This document shows, one piece after another, positions 59,131 to 64,000 of a stretch of 64,000 bases of DNA. Position 1 is the stretch's first letter, and the number at the start of each line of letters is the position of its first letter. Below the pieces are notes generated by a model, which saw only the letters and a list, made by a program, of their open reading frames with translations, was not told the DNA's origin and ran no database searches. A program made the position numbers and the translations under genes. The DNA comes from Paraspadella gotoi (taxonomy: Eukaryota; Animalia; Chaetognatha), in assembly GCA_051294375.1 (NCBI GenBank), contig CM119268.1, positions 4,537,454-4,601,453 on the forward strand, written 5' to 3'.

Positions 59131-62100
59131 ACGACGACTACGACCAAGAACGAGACGTGGCGCCTCCTGCCGAGGAGGAGCTGGAGCAGGACGAGACTCT
59201 CGCCAAGTCCTTGGCGGAAGCGAAGGCGACCAACGTGGACGTCTTGGAGGAATTTAAGATCGACGCGGAGATGACGGGTCGGTTCTTTGTTGTTCTTGTT
59301 GTTGCCTTTGTTGNNNNNNNNNNNNNNNNNNNNNNNNNNNNNNNNNNNNNNNNNNNNNNNNNNNNNNNNNNNNNNNNNNNNNNNNNNNNNNNNNNNNNNN
59401 NNNNNNNNNNNNNNNNNNNNNNNNNNNNNNNNNNNNNNNNNNNNNNNNNNNNNNNNNNNNNNNNNNNNNNNNNNNNNNNNNNNNNNNNNNNNNNNNNNNN
59501 NNNNNNNNNNNNNNNNNNNNNNNNNNNNNNNNNNNNNNNNNNNNNNNNNNNNNNNNNNNNGTCTCTCTCTCCCCACTCATAATTCAACTAAATTAAAATT
59601 CCTCTACCATATATTTATCATGTTGAATAATTGATCTCTCTATTTTTAGAAGAAAACTCCTAATAATATTTAAATAAAACTACTACAATTCAGTATTTAG
59701 TAAAATATTAAATTTTCCCACTTTCATAAACTCGGACGACGACTTTGTTCACACACATTTAATTTTGTAATTAATTCGTAATTTAGTTAATTAACTAGCG
59801 AATTTAATTTTCAGACAAACAAGTTATCGACGTTTTGATCAAAGAAGTTCACCGTCATTGCTGTTGGTGCGAAGCGGAGGCTCGTGAATTGAAGGTCCAC
59901 GCCTTTTGTTTTGTCACTAAGCGATGCGACCGATCGCAGCACCATTTTCGGAAGCAGCGGCGTTTTTGGGCGATTTTTTTCTTTCTCGAACAGATTATAG
60001 ACAAAATACCATCGCCTGGTCTTCGCTACACGATGCGGTCGTATTGCGAATCGAGAAAAACCGCGTGGAAGACGATTCCCTATCGGTATCGTGTTTGTGA
60101 GAATATATTACTATGAAATAATCGTCACTATGACAATATGGCTGATAATCATTTTAAAAAAGAAAAGGAGAATTATTAGTCGCACCCTTTTCCAAGGGGC
60201 GGACCAATCAGCGGCCCCCAAAACGGTAGCCCTCCGCCAGTTTGGTCCGTTTGTATTCCGATGCCTAATATGTGGCAATGCAAAACGATCAAGAAAGAGG
60301 TAAATCGTTGAAATGCTCAAACTATTTATTTTTTGTTTTTTGTTGTTTTTTTTTATTTATTTATTTATTTATTTTTTATTTATTTATTATATTATTTATT
60401 TATATTTTTATTTATTATTTATTTTATTTATTTATTTATTTATTTATTATTTTAATTGTATACTTCTATTTATTTATTTATTTTTGTATTCCTACATTTT
60501 TAAAATGACTTCTTAAGATTCCCTACACGGCCTACTTGAAATGCTGTCACTGCTGTCACGGCAAAGGCTGCGTCCGCCATAATTACTGCAACGGAACCGG
60601 ACAGGATACTTGTGGAAGGTGCGCTGGAGAGGATACTGGAGAGGATGCTGGAGGATATGATGGAGAGAATGCTGGAGGATATGATGGAGAGGATGATGGA
60701 GGATATGATTGAGAGGATACTGGAGGATATGATGGAGATGATGTTGGAGGATATGATGAAAAGGAAGCTGGAGGATATGATGGTGAGGATGCTGGAGGAT
60801 ATGATGGAGAGGCTGCTGGAGGAGAAGGTTGATATATCGAACAAAGTTTGTTCATCAAATGACGTATTTTCACCACGAGTTGCTACCATTTCAAATTAAT
60901 TTAATTTATTTGTTTACGAATTTAATACTAAACTAAACTATTCTACTGATCTAAACATATACTATATACTAAATTTCTACTTTTTTAAGAAATTAGAAAT
61001 AATCATATTTTTTGTATTATTTTTGAAATAGATTTTAATAATGATAGTGATGATGATGATAATATATTTTTTTTACTATTCGATAATCAGGATACATATT
61101 TTTACATTAATCTAAGACTATTTTGAACAAAATATCAACGATTTGTTTATTGATTAAAATACTAATTTTACATTAAGCTGCTACGGGAGAGGAACGAGAG
61201 AAGTCTTCCAGCCGGGATCCGGATCGGAACTCGGACAAAACAAAGTCAGTTATATCATTTGTTTTTATTTTTTGTATTTCGGTTTTTTTTTGTCCAAAAG
61301 CGCCCTATTTCAGCCTAAATTAAGGAACAGAAATGCAGCGCTTTTCTCAACTTGACAACTTTTCTACTTTCCTTCTCAACTTCCCCTTTTCCTCTCCAAC
61401 TCAGACGGTGGACTTGCCAACCTCTCTGCAACGGACACCGGTAAAAAACGTTGCTTTGGTTGCGAAGGAAGCGGCAACGTTGTATGCACCACCTGCAATG
61501 GTTACAAGTTTGTTATTCATTATAACAGTTTATGTAAGCAACTGACGATTGTGGAAATCGAGATAATTATCCCAGAATTTTCTAAGAATTTAATTTTAAC
61601 ATTAAAATTTAATCTGAAAATATTTTTAAACCTATAACCTAGTCCGTGAGCATAATCCCTAACCCTATTCCTGAAACCAAATACTAAACCGAATTTTTAA
61701 ACCTTACCTCTAATAATAAACACTAGACCCTAAACTAACCCTAATCACTAACAAAATTCCTTACCTTGATCACTAACATAATTATTAATCTAATCTATAT
61801 CATTACTTTTAATCTAACCTTAACTCGCTTGATTTCAATTATAAAAAAAATGATTAATGCATATATATTTTTTAAATCAATATAATACAAACCTACCTTG
61901 TTATAATAAATTCAATTTCGTCTTCCTCGTTATCTTCATCCATAATATTTTATACTAAAACTAATGTCACATGTTATTCATAACCATAGATCACTCAAGA
62001 ACTTCATCGAACTCACCGTGAACTTTCACACCGTGACGAGTCCCTGGGTCTTCGAACGGACGAACCTTCCCGACGAACTCCTGCTTGGATGTGTTGGAAA

Positions 62101-63466
62101 AACTGTATTCGGACAGGTCGTGATTGATATCAATCAATCAATCAATCAATCAATCGAACAGAATAATCAAATCCATATATAAATTAAATTTAATGAAACA
62201 AACTCCATGATAATTAACCAAACTAATGATAATCAAATCGAATTCATCTATAATATAAATCGGACCCAATTAAGTGAAATAATGAAACAACCAGTCAATC
62301 CAAACAATCGTGTGAAAAAAATCCATGAAATCAGTCAATCAATCAATCGCTAAAATCAATTCTAAGGTTCTGCCCAGAGTTATGCCGATTCAGGGCCACA
62401 AAGTCGCCGCCTTGAATTACGCCAGCTACGACTTTTACATGCAACACAGGAAGATCGAATGCAAAGAGAGAATTCACTATCAGGCGAGTAAACAACATCC
62501 ACAACAACAACATCATCAAATCAATGGTGAGGATAGATAAAATGATCAAATCAATTGATTGATGGTGTTGATTTGATTGATTTATGGATTTATTTGATTT
62601 TTAGTTTTNNNNNNNNNNNNNNNNNNNNNNNNNNNNNNNNNNNNNNNNNNNNNNNNNNNNNNNNNNNNNNNNNNNNNNNNNNNNNNNNNNNNNNNNNNNN
62701 NNNNNNNNNNNNNNNNNNNNNNNNNNNNNNNNNNNNNNNNNNNNNNNNNNNNNNNNNNNNNNNNNNNNNNNNNNNNNNNNNNNNNNNNNNNNNNNNNNNN
62801 NNNNNNNNNNNNNNNNNNNNNNNNNNNNNNNNNNNNNNNNNNNNNNNNNNNNNNNNNNNNNNNNNNNNNNNNNNNNNNNNNNNNNNNNNNNNNNNNNNNN
62901 NNNNNNNNNNNNNNNNNNNNNNNNNNNNNNNNNNNNNNNNNNNNNNNNNNNNNNNNNNNNNNNNNNNNNNNNNNNNNNNNNNNNNNNNNNNNNNNNNNNN
63001 NNNNNNNNNNNNNNNNNNNNNNNNNNNNNNNNNNNNNNNNNNNNNNNNNNNNNNNNNNNNNNNNNNNNNNNNNNNNNNNTGATTGATTGATTGATTGATC
63101 GATCGATTGATTGATTGATCGATTGATTAATTGTTTAAAACGTTGTCCTACTTTAAAAGTCCATATGAAACTTGTCAATAAAATGTAATCTGAGATGGAA
63201 TCGGATCATGTACGCATCAAGAGTATCTACCTTACCCAAAACCTCACCCTCGAACGCATCACCCCTTGGACAACCCTCCCTCCTCCGTCCAAACTCAGAG
63301 CCAACACGTTGAAGCCATCCCCGTCCTGGAGGTGGAGGTGGAACACAAGAAGGACAAGACGGTCAAGTGCTACGTGTGGTGGATCTACGGATTGGATCGT
63401 CGAGTGTGGTTCCCCGATTATCCCGGACGATGTCTTTGCGGTGGAGCCTTCTGTTGTTGCTCGTGA
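59131..63466 (+). CDS. SSUH2: Protein SSUH2 homologue (ssu-2 family; DnaJ-type CxxCxGxG zinc-finger repeats, C-terminal CaaX-like motif)
   Basis: Exons 59131-59277, 59815-59894, 59994-60085, 60197-60299, 60518-60618, 61178-61244, 61405-61507 (contains indels), 61990-62116, 62367-62483, 63299-63466. Family motifs: EVHRHCCW, YTMRSYCESRKTAWKTIPY, ISGPQNGSPPPVW, IPYTAYLKCCHCCHGKG, CFGCEGSGNVVCTTCNG, FIELTVNF, ERTNLPDELL, PRVMPI, HVEAIPV, WIYGLDRRVWFPDYPGRCLCGGAFCCCS*. Confidence 0.9.
60625..60825. repeat. 24-bp intronic minisatellite (ctggaggatatgatggagaggatg), ~8 copies
   Basis: Tandem ggaggatatgatg motif right after the 60618 donor. Confidence 0.9.
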
Positions 63467-63747
63467 CAGGGATGAGGGGAAGGGGGGGGGTAAGGAGGGC
63501 GATCGTCGTTATAATCGTCGCTGGACCAAATTGTGGCGTCGTGCTTTTAATTGGAAATAGCTGAGGATCGAAATTGTTGTCGAGCTTCTTTTTTTTTTAT
63601 TGATTAATAAATTATTTAAAAGTAAGAATTCTCAAGATTTTATACTAATCGACGGACGCATGGTCGATTATATTCGTCGTCGTCGTCGTCCTCGTCATTG
63701 TCGAGAGATTTCATCGATTTTATTCATTTTTCGTCAACATTTTCGAC

Positions 63748-63759
63748 CTCATCATCATT

Positions 63760-63817
<58 letters not shown>

Positions 63818-63880
63818 CTATCATCTTCATTGTCATCTTCAGCATCATAATCATCGTCATCATCATCATTGTTATCATCA
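63748..63880. repeat. (ATC)n microsatellite
   Basis: Direct trinucleotide run. Confidence 0.9.
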
Positions 63881-64000
63881 ACTTATGCGTCGACAGAGAT
63901 ATTTTTCCGATCTTGCAGACTCCACCCACGCGCAGATTTCTTTTTGTTGTTGTTTTTATTATTATTGTTGTTGTTGTTGTTCTTTTTTTCAATTTTGTCA

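Noticed and set aside
60500-60899. ORFs with ILSIISSS / MLEDMMER / SYPPASSP repeats
   Set aside because: All arise from one 24-bp intronic minisatellite; the SSUH2 frame would hit a stop within it if unspliced.

Overview
Eukaryotic scaffold, most likely from an invertebrate animal. It has spliceosomal introns, abundant (AG)n/(GAC)n/(ATCA)n microsatellites, many N-gaps and indel-rich duplicated stretches that look like uncorrected long-read gap fill. Most entries in the supplied ORF track are spurious microsatellite or gap translations. Hand translation supports three main genes: (1) an ORF of at least 1418 codons on the minus strand (4255 to off the left edge), missing from the ORF track, with a 16-aa tandem repeat and an internal signal-peptide-like segment; (2) a divergent Ena/VASP-like gene (minus, ~38.35-45.5 kb; EVH1 + polyproline + GAB/WH2-like motifs, no visible tetramerisation coil) behind a five-CCAAT promoter; (3) an SSUH2 (ssu-2) homologue (plus, ~55.1-63.5 kb) with a probable GC-AG intron and a CCCS terminus. 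Also present: a short single-pass membrane ORF, a possible small spliced gene behind an E-box cluster, a minimal hammerhead ribozyme in a Penelope-like inverted repeat, two DINE-1/HINE-like families, a MITE-like family with telomere-like interior, and several minisatellites. No rRNA, intact tRNA or CRISPR array was seen. All identifications come from reading motifs by eye; no database search was run.
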